A stretch of 64,000 nt of DNA from Marinicella sp. Its GTDB lineage: Bacteria; Pseudomonadota; Gammaproteobacteria; Xanthomonadales; Marinicellaceae. The notes under the pieces are model-generated. The model had not been told where the DNA came from. It made no database searches and saw only the letters and a list, made by a program, of their open reading frames with translations. Where the stretch lies: the NCBI GenBank assembly GCA_965230295.1, contig OZ246001.1:64001-128000 (forward strand), in the 5' to 3' direction. Below, in pieces: positions 17,987-28,877 of the stretch. A program made the position numbers and the translations under genes. Every line of letters begins with the position of its first letter. Positions within the stretch are counted from its first letter, which is position 1.

Positions 17987-19159
17987 TCAACCTTGAGCTT
18001 CAGTCAGTTGATTGGTAATCAGTCGTTTCAAAGGCTTTATTCTTTGGCTGGCTTTGAGTAATAATTTCCTCGTCAACCGAGCCACTTGATGATCTTTGGT
18101 ATATAAAGTGACGATCAGATTGGTGCCATGAAACAATGTTCTGCAAATTCGATGGTGTTTCTCTCCAAAAGGTCGCAAACATTCAACAGAAAACCAAATT
18201 TTGTTTTGAGCTTTGGCTTGCTTGATGGTCGTTGCCAAAGTGTGTGCACCCCGAAGCCCTAAGTTGTAACCGTGAGCCGTTACAGGGTGCATCCCTACGG
18301 CAGCATCACCGATCAAAGCATACCTGTATCCATAAAATTGCTTAGCCAATGTTGCCACCAATGGATATGGGTACAATTCATTGTCGAAAGTCATTTGACC
18401 GAATTGATCATTCAATTGTGTTTGAATACCTAACGCCAATTCTTCCCGATCCATGGCTAACAGGTCATTGGTATATTCAGACTTAACCGTAATTACAATT
18501 GAAACCTTGTTGTCTTGTAGTGGCAAAACTGCCAGAGTCCGGTCATAAAAGAAATATTCACAGGCTGTGTTGTGGTGCGACTTTTCAGTGGTCATGGTAC
18601 TGACAATGCAACTGCGCCCAAAATCAAGCATGTGGGTGGCGATGCCCATTTGTCTTCGGGTGGCAGAAAGCCGACTGTCGGCAGAGACCAGCATTTGAGA
18701 ATCAATGACACTTCCATCTGTCAACTCAACCCATGATTTTTCAATACTCACACCCGTACTTTTGACTTCAACGCCTGTTTTTAGGTGAATATTCGAATGA
18801 CGTTTGATTAAATCATAAGCCGCTTTTTTGATGACATTGTTGGCCACCATGAACCCCAATTTAGTCTTGTCAGTCTCTGTGTAAGAAAACTTCAAAGAAT
18901 CTTTGGAATCTTCATTAAACACTTCGGCTTGGGTGATCTGAGAAATCGACTCTGGTGGCATCAAACCCCACATCCCGGAATCCGTCATGATTTTTTTCGA
19001 CAAGTGAGTCAAGGCAATTTCTCTGCCATCATAATCAGGATCAGCCAATTGTTGTTCAGCCTGCTTTTCAAGAATCAGGATATTCAGTCGGCTGGGGGCT
19101 AATAAAGCCGCTGCACTGAGACCAGCTGGCCCTCCTCCAATGATGATGACGTCGTACAT
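17987..19159 (-). CDS. ubiM: flavin monooxygenase, UbiM-type ubiquinone hydroxylase
   Basis: GGGPAG, DGREIALTH, GDAAVGMHPVTAHGYNLG. Confidence 0.85.
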   Translation of the reverse strand: MYDVIIIGGGPAGLSAAALLAPSRLNILILEKQAEQQLADPDYDGREIALTHLSKKIMTDSGMWGLMPPESISQITQAEVFNEDSKDSLKFSYTETDKTKLGFMVANNVIKKAAYDLIKRHSNIHLKTGVEVKSTGVSIEKSWVELTDGSVIDSQMLVSADSRLSATRRQMGIATHMLDFGRSCIVSTMTTEKSHHNTACEYFFYDRTLAVLPLQDNKVSIVITVKSEYTNDLLAMDREELALGIQTQLNDQFGQMTFDNELYPYPLVATLAKQFYGYRYALIGDAAVGMHPVTAHGYNLGLRGAHTLATTIKQAKAQNKIWFSVECLRPFGEKHHRICRTLFHGTNLIVTLYTKDHQVARLTRKLLLKASQRIKPLKRLITNQLTEAQG

Positions 19160-19327
19160 TACAGTTTATTCGTTTTGGAATGAGCCAATCATATTTCAAA
19201 AGCTGGACAGTTCACTTGATTCAAATCAATCCGGTCAAAAAATATTTGTAAAAATACATTTATTTAAACCAAACCACCCTTATATCCAAGAGCGAGCAAA
19301 ATATAAACTAACAAAAGGAGCAACGAC

Positions 19328-19906
19328 ATGTCATTTGAATTACCCACTTTGCCCTATGCAGACAATGCATTGGAGCCACACATTTCAGCTGAAACCATTC
19401 AATATCATTACGGCAAACACCACAACGCCTATGTCAATAACTTAAACAAAATGATCAAAAACACCGAGTTCGAAAACCTTTCATTGGAAGAAATCGTACT
19501 CAAGTCAGAAGGCGGGATGTTTAACAATGCCGCACAAATTTGGAACCACACCTTTTATTTCAATGGTTTCTCTCCAGAAGGTGGTGGCCAACCAACTGGC
19601 GAATTGGCGGATAAAATCAATGCCGCTTTCGGTAGCTTCGAAGCGTTCGTAGAACAATTCAATCAAACGGCCATGACCACCTTTGGTTCAGGCTGGGCCT
19701 GGCTGGTTCAAGATCAATCTGGTGAGCTGAAAATTGTCAACACGTTCAACGCAGGAACCCCTTTAACTGATGGCTTACACCCACTGTTAACTTGCGATGT
19801 CTGGGAACATGCTTACTATGTGGATACACGCAATGACCGAGGTGCCTATTTGAAGAATTTCTGGAGTCTAGTGAACTGGGATTTCGTTGCCAATAATTTG
19901 AAATAA
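19328..19906 (+). CDS. sodB: Fe superoxide dismutase
   Basis: [16 protein letters not shown] (Fe-type), DVWEHAYY. Confidence 0.96.
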   Translation: MSFELPTLPYADNALEPHISAETIQYHYGKHHNAYVNNLNKMIKNTEFENLSLEEIVLKSEGGMFNNAAQIWNHTFYFNGFSPEGGGQPTGELADKINAAFGSFEAFVEQFNQTAMTTFGSGWAWLVQDQSGELKIVNTFNAGTPLTDGLHPLLTCDVWEHAYYVDTRNDRGAYLKNFWSLVNWDFVANNLK

Positions 19907-19917
19907 CTCCACTCAAA

Positions 19918-19962
19918 CAAACCAACATCGGGCATTGCAGTGACCTGGTGTTGGTTTTTTTA
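19918..19962 (+). terminator. intrinsic terminator after sodB
   Basis: AAACCAACATC...GGTGTTGGTTT hairpin with T-run. Confidence 0.65.
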
Positions 19963-20019
19963 TGCAAGCTGTAGATGATTTGTTATACTGAGACTTGCTT
20001 AACATCTTTATTTCATGGA

Positions 20020-20490
20020 ATGAACCTCACTCAATTACTGCTGTTTTCATTATTTTTTTCAAGCTGCTGTTTGGCAGAAATTCATAAATGGGTGGATGAA
20101 AACGGACAAATACATTACAGCGACAAAAAACCAGAAAACACCAAAACACAAGCTGTTGAAATCACCCCTTTTATCAATTCAAACCCAACAACATACCAAA
20201 TCAAAAATAAAGCCACTACAGAGCCAAGTCAAAATAATAAAAGTATTTACAAGAAAAAACACAAGGTTGTGATGTATGCAGCCAGTTGGTGCGGCTACTG
20301 TAAAAAAGCCAGGACTTTTTTCAGGAAAAATAACATCAGGTACCGCGAATATGACATCGAATCAGATGATCAAGCCAAACAAAGGTACGAAAAATTAGGT
20401 GGCTCAGGTGTCCCTTTGATTGTTTCAGGAAAAAAGAAAATGCAAGGCTTCAGTGAAAAAAGATTTGCCAGCTTTTACCAAGACCTGTAA
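20020..20490 (+). CDS. DUF4124 + glutaredoxin-domain secreted protein
   Basis: Signal peptide, IHKWVDENGQIHYSDKKP, WCGYC and GVP motifs. Confidence 0.88.
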   Translation: MNLTQLLLFSLFFSSCCLAEIHKWVDENGQIHYSDKKPENTKTQAVEITPFINSNPTTYQIKNKATTEPSQNNKSIYKKKHKVVMYAASWCGYCKKARTFFRKNNIRYREYDIESDDQAKQRYEKLGGSGVPLIVSGKKKMQGFSEKRFASFYQDL

Positions 20491-20520
20491 AAAAGCCGCA
20501 GCCTTAATGACTGCGGCTTA
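20490..20520. terminator. terminator between convergent genes
   Basis: AAGCCGCAG...CTGCGGCTT hairpin with A-run. Confidence 0.7.
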
Positions 20521-20544
20521 GAGGGTTTAAACCCTGGTGAAATA

Positions 20545-23500
20545 TTAACTCACCACTGTGATGCTGGGCTCATCCGTTTTGTTGTCTTTGGATTTTTTCT
20601 TTCTGCTGAACAACCGTTTGGTACCTGACTTGATGTCAATACCTATGCCATACAAAGATGGCACCATCAACAGCGTCACAAAAAAGGCCATAAAGACACC
20701 AAAGGCCAAAGACACCACGATTGGCTGTAAGAATGCAGCCTGGATGGATCGCTCCATCATCATCGGCATCAAGCCCACAATGGTGGTTACTGAAGTCAAC
20801 AAGATCGGTCTGAACCTTGCCACACCGGCTTCTACAATGGCTTCCTTGGCATCCATACCTTTTTCACGTAACTTATTACAATAATCCATCAACACCAGGT
20901 TGTCATTGACCACCACCCCTGCCGCTGCGGCTATTCCAAAATAGCTGAAGATGGCCATGGTCATGTCCATGGCTGCATGCCCAACAATGGCGCCTACAAA
21001 AGCATAAGGAATGGCAATCAAGATCAAAATGGGTTGAGCGTAACTCTTGAATGCCACGGCCAATAAGGTATACATGGCAAAGAATGCTATTAAATACAAT
21101 CCCATAACTTCTTTAATAAAGCGTTGTTCGCCTTCTGCCTGTCCAACAGATCCTCTGATGATGCCAGGGTACTTGGCTTCCCAATCAGGGTAGAAGTTTT
21201 CTTCAAGGTCATTGTTGATGTCTTCACGCACATCGTCTTTTAAATCCGCACTGATGCGTGCAGCACGGTTACCGTTCCAGCGTTGGATGCTTTTGATGCC
21301 TGGTGCATACTCTAAGTCAGCAACCGACAACAGTGGTAATTCTCGGCCATCAGAAGTTCTGACAAAGAAATTATTCAGAGACTCTATTGATCTTCTTGAC
21401 TCAACTGGATAGCGAACTTTAACGCGGACATCCTGACCATTTCTGGGCACCCGTTGTACTTCTTCACCAAAATAGGCTTGTCGGACCTGGCGGTTCACAT
21501 CAGCCAAAGTTAAACCCAACTTGGTGGCGCCTGGTTTCAGGGTTAATCTGATTTCTTCGGAGGCACCTTCCAGGTTATTGCGCACATCATATAAGTTCTC
21601 ATAGGTACGCAGTTGGTCTTCCAGTTCATTGGTGGCAGCCCTTAGTACATCCAAATCAGGGTGTCTGATAGACAATTCATAAGCGGGATCGTTGTTGCCT
21701 TGGGTGTATTGTACAGAGACCTCTTTGGCATCTGGAACATCACCCATCAACTCACGCAAGCGCACCGATGCATCTTTGGCAGTCATGCTTTGCACCGCTT
21801 CAGGTCGTTCTTCAGGTGGCGTTAATTTCACAATGGCAATCACACTGTCACGTCTTGAACGTGTGTACCAATTTTCAATCAAACCACCTTGACCGTCGGT
21901 TTTCTCGTTGACCTCTTCTTCCAATGCTTTTTCAGCGGTTTGCAACTGAGCCAATATCTCCAGTGCTCTGCTGTACGGCGCACCTTCAGGCAACACCACA
22001 TTGACAATGATTTCATCTGATTCAATTTCAGGCATAAAGCTTTTCTTCACCAAGCCATTGCCAAACATACCAAAACCAATGATTAATAGACCCAAGAATA
22101 CGCTGGTGGTTAAGTAGCGATTTCGCAATGCGAACTCACCTATTCGGCGATAATGGTTGTGAGCAAAATTAATGATGCTGTGTGAAATGGCTTTTTGCAT
22201 GCGACCAAAGCGATTTTGGTCTTTGCGTGGTTTCATGGTTGATAAATGTGCCGGTAAAATCAACAGCGATTCAATCAAGGAAAAGGTCAGTGCCAGGATC
22301 ACCACCCAAGTGATGTGCCTGGTGAACTCGCTGGTGGAACCTCCCAAGAACAACCATGGCATGAACGCCATGATGGTGGTAAGTACACCAAATATAACGG
22401 GTTTGGATACCAATTGTGCGCCCGAGATTGCAGATTTAACTCCACCGCCTAAGCGATTGGATTCGGTGTGAATACCCTCACCCACCACAATCGCATCATC
22501 TACCACGATCCCTAATACCAGTAAGAAGGCGAATGTAGACAACATGTTCAAGGAAACACCAACAGTTGGCAAGAAGACAAATGCCCCGGCATAAGCTGTG
22601 GCAATACCTACAGCCACCCAAAATGCCACCCTGGGCCTTAAAGTCAACATCAAGATAAACAGCACCAACACCAAGCCCATAAAGGCCGATGAACTGATGG
22701 TTTCCATCCGCCCTTTGAAATCTTCTGCCTGGTCATTCCATAACGTCAATTTGGCACCATTGGGTAGCGTACCCTGTTTTTCAGCAATCCATTTTCTTAC
22801 CGATTCTGATGCTTTGACAATGTCCATGATTTCAGTGGTCATCACTTGGATCAACACACCGGGCTCACCATTCAAAGTGGCTAAAATGGGATTGTCTTCG
22901 AAACCATCAATCACTGTGGCCACATCGCCCACTCTGATGACGCCACCACCCGCGGTTTCTTTAACGATGATGTCCGAAAACTCAGCTTCGGTATCGGCTT
23001 GGCTTCGGACCTTCAATTGGTATGTGCCAACTTCGGTTCTGACAGTTCCGGAAGATTGATTCATCGATGAATTTCTGATTGCAGTGGCCACATCTGAAAA
23101 TGTTATGCCATAACGTTTTAAGGCATCCTCTCCAACCTCAATGGAGATTTCTTCTTCTCTGGTACCAAACAACTGCACCACAGTAATCGCTGGTAACTGG
23201 GCCACTTCACGGCGCAGTTTTTCTGCCAGGCGTTTGAGTTCTCTCTCGGTTAAATCACCATGTACCGCAACTCGGATAAACTCATCTCGGTTGACCCATT
23301 GCTGAACGATGGGTTGTTCTATATCTCCCGGGAAGGTTGAGATGGAATCGACTCGAATCTTCACATCATTCATGAACTGGTTAAAGTCCACTTGTTGTTC
23401 AGCCAGGATGTAGACTTGTCCTATGCCTTCTCTGGAAGAAGACCGTACCCATTCAATGGCATCCATATCACTGACAGATTCTTCGATTCTGGCCACCAGT

Positions 23501-23688
23501 TGCTCTTCAACGTCTTGTGGTGATGCACCCGGCCAAGCCACACTGATTTGCAAACCTGGAAACCTGACTTGAGGATCCATTTCACGTTCCAGAGAGTTGA
23601 ATCCAATGATACCGGCCACAAAGATACCAACCATCACTAAATTGGCCGCGACTGTGTTATTTGCCCACCAGGCTATTAAACGATTCAT
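20545..23688 (-). CDS. RND efflux permease
   Basis: 1047 aa; LGIVVDDAIVVGE, RFRPILLTS. Confidence 0.95.
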   Translation of the reverse strand: MNRLIAWWANNTVAANLVMVGIFVAGIIGFNSLEREMDPQVRFPGLQISVAWPGASPQDVEEQLVARIEESVSDMDAIEWVRSSSREGIGQVYILAEQQVDFNQFMNDVKIRVDSISTFPGDIEQPIVQQWVNRDEFIRVAVHGDLTERELKRLAEKLRREVAQLPAITVVQLFGTREEEISIEVGEDALKRYGITFSDVATAIRNSSMNQSSGTVRTEVGTYQLKVRSQADTEAEFSDIIVKETAGGGVIRVGDVATVIDGFEDNPILATLNGEPGVLIQVMTTEIMDIVKASESVRKWIAEKQGTLPNGAKLTLWNDQAEDFKGRMETISSSAFMGLVLVLFILMLTLRPRVAFWVAVGIATAYAGAFVFLPTVGVSLNMLSTFAFLLVLGIVVDDAIVVGEGIHTESNRLGGGVKSAISGAQLVSKPVIFGVLTTIMAFMPWLFLGGSTSEFTRHITWVVILALTFSLIESLLILPAHLSTMKPRKDQNRFGRMQKAISHSIINFAHNHYRRIGEFALRNRYLTTSVFLGLLIIGFGMFGNGLVKKSFMPEIESDEIIVNVVLPEGAPYSRALEILAQLQTAEKALEEEVNEKTDGQGGLIENWYTRSRRDSVIAIVKLTPPEERPEAVQSMTAKDASVRLRELMGDVPDAKEVSVQYTQGNNDPAYELSIRHPDLDVLRAATNELEDQLRTYENLYDVRNNLEGASEEIRLTLKPGATKLGLTLADVNRQVRQAYFGEEVQRVPRNGQDVRVKVRYPVESRRSIESLNNFFVRTSDGRELPLLSVADLEYAPGIKSIQRWNGNRAARISADLKDDVREDINNDLEENFYPDWEAKYPGIIRGSVGQAEGEQRFIKEVMGLYLIAFFAMYTLLAVAFKSYAQPILILIAIPYAFVGAIVGHAAMDMTMAIFSYFGIAAAAGVVVNDNLVLMDYCNKLREKGMDAKEAIVEAGVARFRPILLTSVTTIVGLMPMMMERSIQAAFLQPIVVSLAFGVFMAFFVTLLMVPSLYGIGIDIKSGTKRLFSRKKKSKDNKTDEPSITVVS

Positions 23689-23719
23689 AGTTCTACCTTC
23701 TATTGATTGTTTATTTAAA

Positions 23720-24922
23720 TTAAAGTTGAGTGACCAATTCTTCTGCTTCTACTGCGGGCTCTTCACCTTTGACAATAGGCTCAACCAACATGCCTTGTGC
23801 AGCATTGGGCAAAGTAGACACAGCAACCTTTTCACCCACGCTGACACCTGCACTCAACAGAACCTGATCTTCTGAAGTTGAAATCACTTCAACTGAACGA
23901 ATGTCTAATTTATTTTCAGTGTCAACCACATAAACTTTATCGGCATTTCTCAAGGCATCTCTGGGTATCACCATCGCTTGTTTGGATTCCACACCTTCAA
24001 TATTGGCGTGAACGAACATCCCCACTGCAAAAGGCACACCAAAATCAGCACCTTCTCCATAAGGGTCCTGAACTTCAGCTATGGCATAAACCAATCTGGT
24101 TTCTTGATCAAATGAGGCATTGATGCGAATGATGCGGCCTTCCCAGCTGTGCTTGGCTCGACCCATTTCAGTACTGAACTCAACCAATGGGCCTTCGCCA
24201 GACTCAGCCATATACCCCATGGGCAGATCCAATTCAGTCAACTGGATGTCGGTTAAAGGCAGCCTCACTTCGACCGTATCAACAGAGAAAACCTTACCCA
24301 ATTGTGTACCTGCTGTGATGTATTGACCTACACCCACCAATCTATTCACAACGCGGCCTTTGAATGGCACTTTGATTTCAGTCCTGGCCACATTCAACTG
24401 GGCTTCCTTCAGGTTGGCTTTGGCTGCTCTGAGCTGAGCTTTAGCTTCTTGAACCTGAGGCTTGTTCAAAGCAAAATCTGTGGGTTTAACATTGCCGTTT
24501 TTCTGTAGCCAAGTGTCTTTTTTCATTTCAGCATTGGCCAGTTCACGTTCCAAACTGACTTGCGCTGCTGCCACTTCTGCTTCAGCCCTGATCACAGCCA
24601 CCTTGTAATCGGTGTCATCAATTTTGATCAATGTGGTTTCTGAATCAAATTGTGCACCTTCGGCAAATGAATCTGAAATACTGACCACATGTCCTGATAC
24701 GCGTGAAGTCAGATCAATTTCCGTTTTAGGTTTGACCTCACCTTGTGTTTCCACACCTGGGGTGATGGTTTCACTGGTGACTTCATCAACATAGAGTGAA
24801 ATCAATCGTTGGGTGGGTTCTTTTTTCTCCGGTTCAGGTTTGGCAGCTGCCAATGCTTGAACCACATAAACACTGATGACCAGAACCAGAACTGGCGCTA
24901 TGACTTTAACTAATGTTTTCAC
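23720..24922 (-). CDS. RND periplasmic adaptor (membrane fusion protein)
   Basis: N-terminal anchor, lipoyl/coiled-coil hairpin (EIKVPFKG), GMFV, IPRDALR; upstream of the permease. Confidence 0.93.
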   Translation of the reverse strand: MKTLVKVIAPVLVLVISVYVVQALAAAKPEPEKKEPTQRLISLYVDEVTSETITPGVETQGEVKPKTEIDLTSRVSGHVVSISDSFAEGAQFDSETTLIKIDDTDYKVAVIRAEAEVAAAQVSLERELANAEMKKDTWLQKNGNVKPTDFALNKPQVQEAKAQLRAAKANLKEAQLNVARTEIKVPFKGRVVNRLVGVGQYITAGTQLGKVFSVDTVEVRLPLTDIQLTELDLPMGYMAESGEGPLVEFSTEMGRAKHSWEGRIIRINASFDQETRLVYAIAEVQDPYGEGADFGVPFAVGMFVHANIEGVESKQAMVIPRDALRNADKVYVVDTENKLDIRSVEVISTSEDQVLLSAGVSVGEKVAVSTLPNAAQGMLVEPIVKGEEPAVEAEELVTQL

Positions 24923-25245
24923 GACTTATTCCTCTATTAATGAAGGTTGATTAGCTGATTAACGTGGGAAAAGATCGATAGTTACAAAATTTTATTAGAT
25001 TCAGTACTTTTGGCCTATATCAGTTAAATACATGACCTAAAAACTTCTGAAATACTTCTTCCCACATCCTGTTCTTTTATTATTTGAACATGGAATTGGC
25101 CTCACAATCATGGGCTGATAGTCACCTATTACCGCTTATTTCGTAGGCCATTAGTCATGGTTGAAGACAGACCCCTGACTTTCGGCATACCCAAGATCTG
25201 TAGATTTACGCTATAGTAATAAGGGTTCAAAAAGAGGATACAGCC

Positions 25246-26715
25246 ATGGCACAGCCAACTGACACAAACAATCACAACCTGCCCATCAAGTTAGATTCAA
25301 CCAGTAATGGCGAGTTTTCACCCATACAACTGGAGCAACCGCAACAAGATGCCAACACAATGGCACACGACCAAGCCACAATCCATGCCAAAAAACACAA
25401 CCAAACCCGGCGGTCGTTCCTCAAATCCAGTTGTGGCGCCGCATCGACCTTATTGGCATTCAATACGGCCTTTGCTAACCACGGGTTAACCGGTGGCTAT
25501 TATGCACTGTCAGCAGATTCAGCCAAAGATTCAGACCTGGCAAAGCATGAAGTGATTGGCCAAGAATTCATTTTTGATGTGCAAGGACATTTTGTTAATC
25601 CCAATGGCGACTGGTTAAAAAAACTACCTGATACAGCCAAACCCCTGTCATTCATGCCCAAGGCCCAGTGTGACTTGGCCACCAATGAATCCAACCGCAG
25701 TTACCTGAAATGTTTAGGCAGTGATGAATTCATCAAAGATGTGTTTATGGACTCTGATACAGATTTGATGGTTTTGTCGTTCGTGCCCTCGGCTGCGGAC
25801 AATGAACCCTTGACCATCCAAGAAGCCGATGCCACCAGACAAATCATTGCTGATATGGAAGGTGATCATCGCTTGTTGTTGCATGGCCGGGTCAACCCCA
25901 ATCAACCTGGAGACTTGGAAGGTATGGATGCCCTGGCCGAAGAATGGAAGGTGTCCGCTTTTAAAACTTACACCCAATTTGGCCCTGAAGGCGTTGGTTA
26001 TTGGCTGACTGACGATGTGGGTGTGGCGATGATTGAGAAAGCACAAAAATTAGGCGTGAAGAACATTTGTATTCACAAAGGGATTCCATTTGGCCCCAAA
26101 TCATTTGAGCACAGTTTATGTAATGACATTGGGGCCGCGGCCAAAATGTATCCCGACACCAATTTCATTGTCTACCATTCAGGCTTTGATCATGGCTTCA
26201 CTGAAAAAGAATTCACTGAAGACAGTGAAAACCGTGGCATCAATTCATTGATTCATTCGGTGCGCAAACATGGCATCAAACCCGGCGGTAATGTCTATGC
26301 CGAACTGGGCAGCACCTGGCGGTTTTTGATGCGTGACCCGAATCAAGCGGCACACGCCATGGGTAAAATGCTGAAATACCTCGGTCCTGACAACATCCTG
26401 TGGGGCACGGACTCGATTTGGTATGGTTCACCACAAGACCAAATTCAGGCATTCAGAACGTTCCAAATTTCAAAAGAGTTTCAAGAGCAGTTTGGTTATG
26501 GATCGATCACTGATGACATCAGAGCGAAAATTTTTGGCCTCAATGCCACCAAACCCTATCAGATCAGTGCCCAAGAGGTGGCCAAGTTCATTCAGAAAGA
26601 TGGCATTGCCATGAACAAACAAAACTACCTGAATAACCCCAACCCACATTTTCGAACATATGGTCCAAAGACCAGGCGGGAATTTTTAAATTTGATGAGC
26701 TGGGAAAACGCTTAA
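25246..26715 (+). CDS. amidohydrolase family protein
   Basis: DVQGH, IHKG, VYHSG, WGTDSIW metal-binding motifs; RRSFLK twin-arginine motif. Confidence 0.85.
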   Translation: MAQPTDTNNHNLPIKLDSTSNGEFSPIQLEQPQQDANTMAHDQATIHAKKHNQTRRSFLKSSCGAASTLLAFNTAFANHGLTGGYYALSADSAKDSDLAKHEVIGQEFIFDVQGHFVNPNGDWLKKLPDTAKPLSFMPKAQCDLATNESNRSYLKCLGSDEFIKDVFMDSDTDLMVLSFVPSAADNEPLTIQEADATRQIIADMEGDHRLLLHGRVNPNQPGDLEGMDALAEEWKVSAFKTYTQFGPEGVGYWLTDDVGVAMIEKAQKLGVKNICIHKGIPFGPKSFEHSLCNDIGAAAKMYPDTNFIVYHSGFDHGFTEKEFTEDSENRGINSLIHSVRKHGIKPGGNVYAELGSTWRFLMRDPNQAAHAMGKMLKYLGPDNILWGTDSIWYGSPQDQIQAFRTFQISKEFQEQFGYGSITDDIRAKIFGLNATKPYQISAQEVAKFIQKDGIAMNKQNYLNNPNPHFRTYGPKTRREFLNLMSWENA

Positions 26716-27296
26716 TCCAAATGTAAGAACTTGTCTTGTTTGGTTTGTAAGTAGCTTTGGTTGTGGGTGTTTTGGCCCACCTTGATGGGAATGCGATCCA
26801 CCACCTTTACCCCTTGAGACTCTATGGATTTGATTTTCTCAGGGTTATTGGTCATCAGTTTGACTTGAGTAACACCCATGTGTTGAAACACGTCTGCCAG
26901 CATATCGTAACTGCGGTTATCTGGCGGGTGGCCCAGTTTAACATTGGCATCGAAGGTGTCCATACCCTGATCTTGTAATTGATAGGCTTTGATTTTTTCG
27001 GTCAAACCGATGCCTCGACCTTCCTGTCGCAGGTAAATGATCATGCCTTTCTTGGCTTGAGCGATCTGCTCCATGGCATAGGCCAATTGTGGCCCACAGT
27101 CACAGCGCAGGCTGAATAAACCATCGCCGGTTAAACATTCAGAATGCACGCGGGTTAACACCGCCTCATCAGAAGATAAATCGCCATGCGCCAGTACCAA
27201 ATGTTCTTGTCCATGGTGTTCAAATACATGAATGATGAAGTCACCATAAGCGGTGGGCAATTGTGCTTGGGTGATGAATTGCGTCGCTTGACTCAT
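26712..27296 (-). CDS. ribA: GTP cyclohydrolase II
   Basis: RVHSECLTGD...RCDCG, QEGRGIGL, TNNPEK. Confidence 0.97.
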   Translation of the reverse strand: MSQATQFITQAQLPTAYGDFIIHVFEHHGQEHLVLAHGDLSSDEAVLTRVHSECLTGDGLFSLRCDCGPQLAYAMEQIAQAKKGMIIYLRQEGRGIGLTEKIKAYQLQDQGMDTFDANVKLGHPPDNRSYDMLADVFQHMGVTQVKLMTNNPEKIKSIESQGVKVVDRIPIKVGQNTHNQSYLQTKQDKFLHLD

Positions 27297-27301
27297 GAGA
27301 C

Positions 27302-27736
27302 TTACAGGTCCAGTTCCTTGCGCAAACGCAGCAAAGCCACTGCGGCTTGTGCAGCTTCTTTGCCTTTGTTTTCCTTACCCAAGGTTTCATCCACACTGGA
27401 TCGGGCCAGGGCTTGTTTTTCATTTTCAACGGTAATGATGCCATTACCGATGGGGATGTTTTTTTCCAATGACACATTCATGATGCCTCGAGCGCTTTGC
27501 TCACAGACGTGGTCAAAGTGGGCCGTTTCTCCTCTGATGACTGCACCCAGAGCCACGATGGCATCAAAAGCCTCCGTATCAGCCAGGTATTGACAAGCCA
27601 GTGGTACTTCAAGCGCACCAGGCACGTCAAAACGCTCGTGTTCAATGTTTTCCCTGATCAGGTAATTAACAGCACCTTGATACAGACCGTCGTTGATGTG
27701 TCGGTAAAAGGGTGCCGTAATGATCGCTACTTTCAT
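27302..27736 (-). CDS. ribH: 6,7-dimethyl-8-ribityllumazine synthase
   Basis: VPGALEVP, GAVIRGETAHFDHV, NKGKEAA. Confidence 0.97.
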   Translation of the reverse strand: MKVAIITAPFYRHINDGLYQGAVNYLIRENIEHERFDVPGALEVPLACQYLADTEAFDAIVALGAVIRGETAHFDHVCEQSARGIMNVSLEKNIPIGNGIITVENEKQALARSSVDETLGKENKGKEAAQAAVALLRLRKELDL

Positions 27737-27751
27737 GTCTGCTCCTGTTGA

Positions 27752-28864
27752 TTATCCTTTGTATGAAATGAATTCAGTGATTTCCAAACCGAACCCAGAC
27801 AGCGCTGGGAATCGAATTTCAGGGCTCATCAATTGCATTTTGCCCACATTCAAGCTTTTGAGGATCTGTGAACCGATACCAACATTTTGGTAAGCATAGT
27901 TTTCTTTGGTTTTTCTGGCTCCAATTTCATCGATTTCTATGGGTACCGACTCATTGGAATTCAAAATCACCATCACCCCACTGCCATTATCTGCAATGGT
28001 TTTCATGGCGCGTTGTGCGGTCCAATATTGATCACTAGAGTCCAACCCTCGCAATTCTCTGAAAAAATGTCCGTATTGCACCCTGACTGGTACAGCTTCA
28101 TCTGGCTTTAAATCGCCCAAAAAGAAAGCCAAGTGTTCGGTATCGGTGATGCGATCAGTGAATTTCTTGACTTGAAAAGTACCCCACTGGGTGTCGTAAG
28201 TGAATTCATCTTGAACGGATACGGTGGTCTCATTCATCATGCGGTATTCGATCAAGTCAGCGATGGTACCAATCTTTAAGTCATGTTGTTGTGAAAATTT
28301 AATCAAATCTTCTCGTCTGGCCATGCTGCCATCGTCATTCATGATCTCCACAATCACCGATGCAGGAGTCCTGCCGGCCAGTTTGGCAATATCACAACCG
28401 GCTTCGGTGTGACCGGCTCGTGACAGCACACCACCTTGTTGTGCCATCAATGGGAATATATGTCCTGGCATCACCAAATCGCTGGGTTTAGCGTTGACTT
28501 GCACGGCATCGATCACCGTTTTGTATCGGTCATAAGCAGAAATTCCTGTGGTGATGCCTTCGGCCGCATCGATTGAGACGGTGAAATTGGTGGCCAGTTG
28601 TGCGGTGTTGTTGTCAACCATCAAAGGCAACTCGAGCCGTTTGCATTGTTCGGGCATCAAGGTCAAACACAACAGGCCTCTGGCATGTTTGGCCATGAAG
28701 TTAACCACTTCCGGGGTAATGGCATTGGCTGCAATGACCAAATCCCCTTCATTTTCACGGTCTTCATCATCCATCATGATAACCATTTTGCCGTCTTTGA
28801 TGTCAGCAATCAGTTCTTCGGTGCTGTTTAAGGTTAATTTATTGCTTTGTTCGACTATTTTCAT
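27752..28864 (-). CDS. ribB: DHBP synthase with degenerate GTP cyclohydrolase II domain (RibBX type)
   Basis: DDEDRENEGD, PGHIFPL, RAGHTEA; C-terminal domain lacks the zinc cysteines. Confidence 0.93.
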   Translation of the reverse strand: MKIVEQSNKLTLNSTEELIADIKDGKMVIMMDDEDRENEGDLVIAANAITPEVVNFMAKHARGLLCLTLMPEQCKRLELPLMVDNNTAQLATNFTVSIDAAEGITTGISAYDRYKTVIDAVQVNAKPSDLVMPGHIFPLMAQQGGVLSRAGHTEAGCDIAKLAGRTPASVIVEIMNDDGSMARREDLIKFSQQHDLKIGTIADLIEYRMMNETTVSVQDEFTYDTQWGTFQVKKFTDRITDTEHLAFFLGDLKPDEAVPVRVQYGHFFRELRGLDSSDQYWTAQRAMKTIADNGSGVMVILNSNESVPIEIDEIGARKTKENYAYQNVGIGSQILKSLNVGKMQLMSPEIRFPALSGFGLEITEFISYKG

Positions 28865-28877
28865 ATGTCACTCCTGC

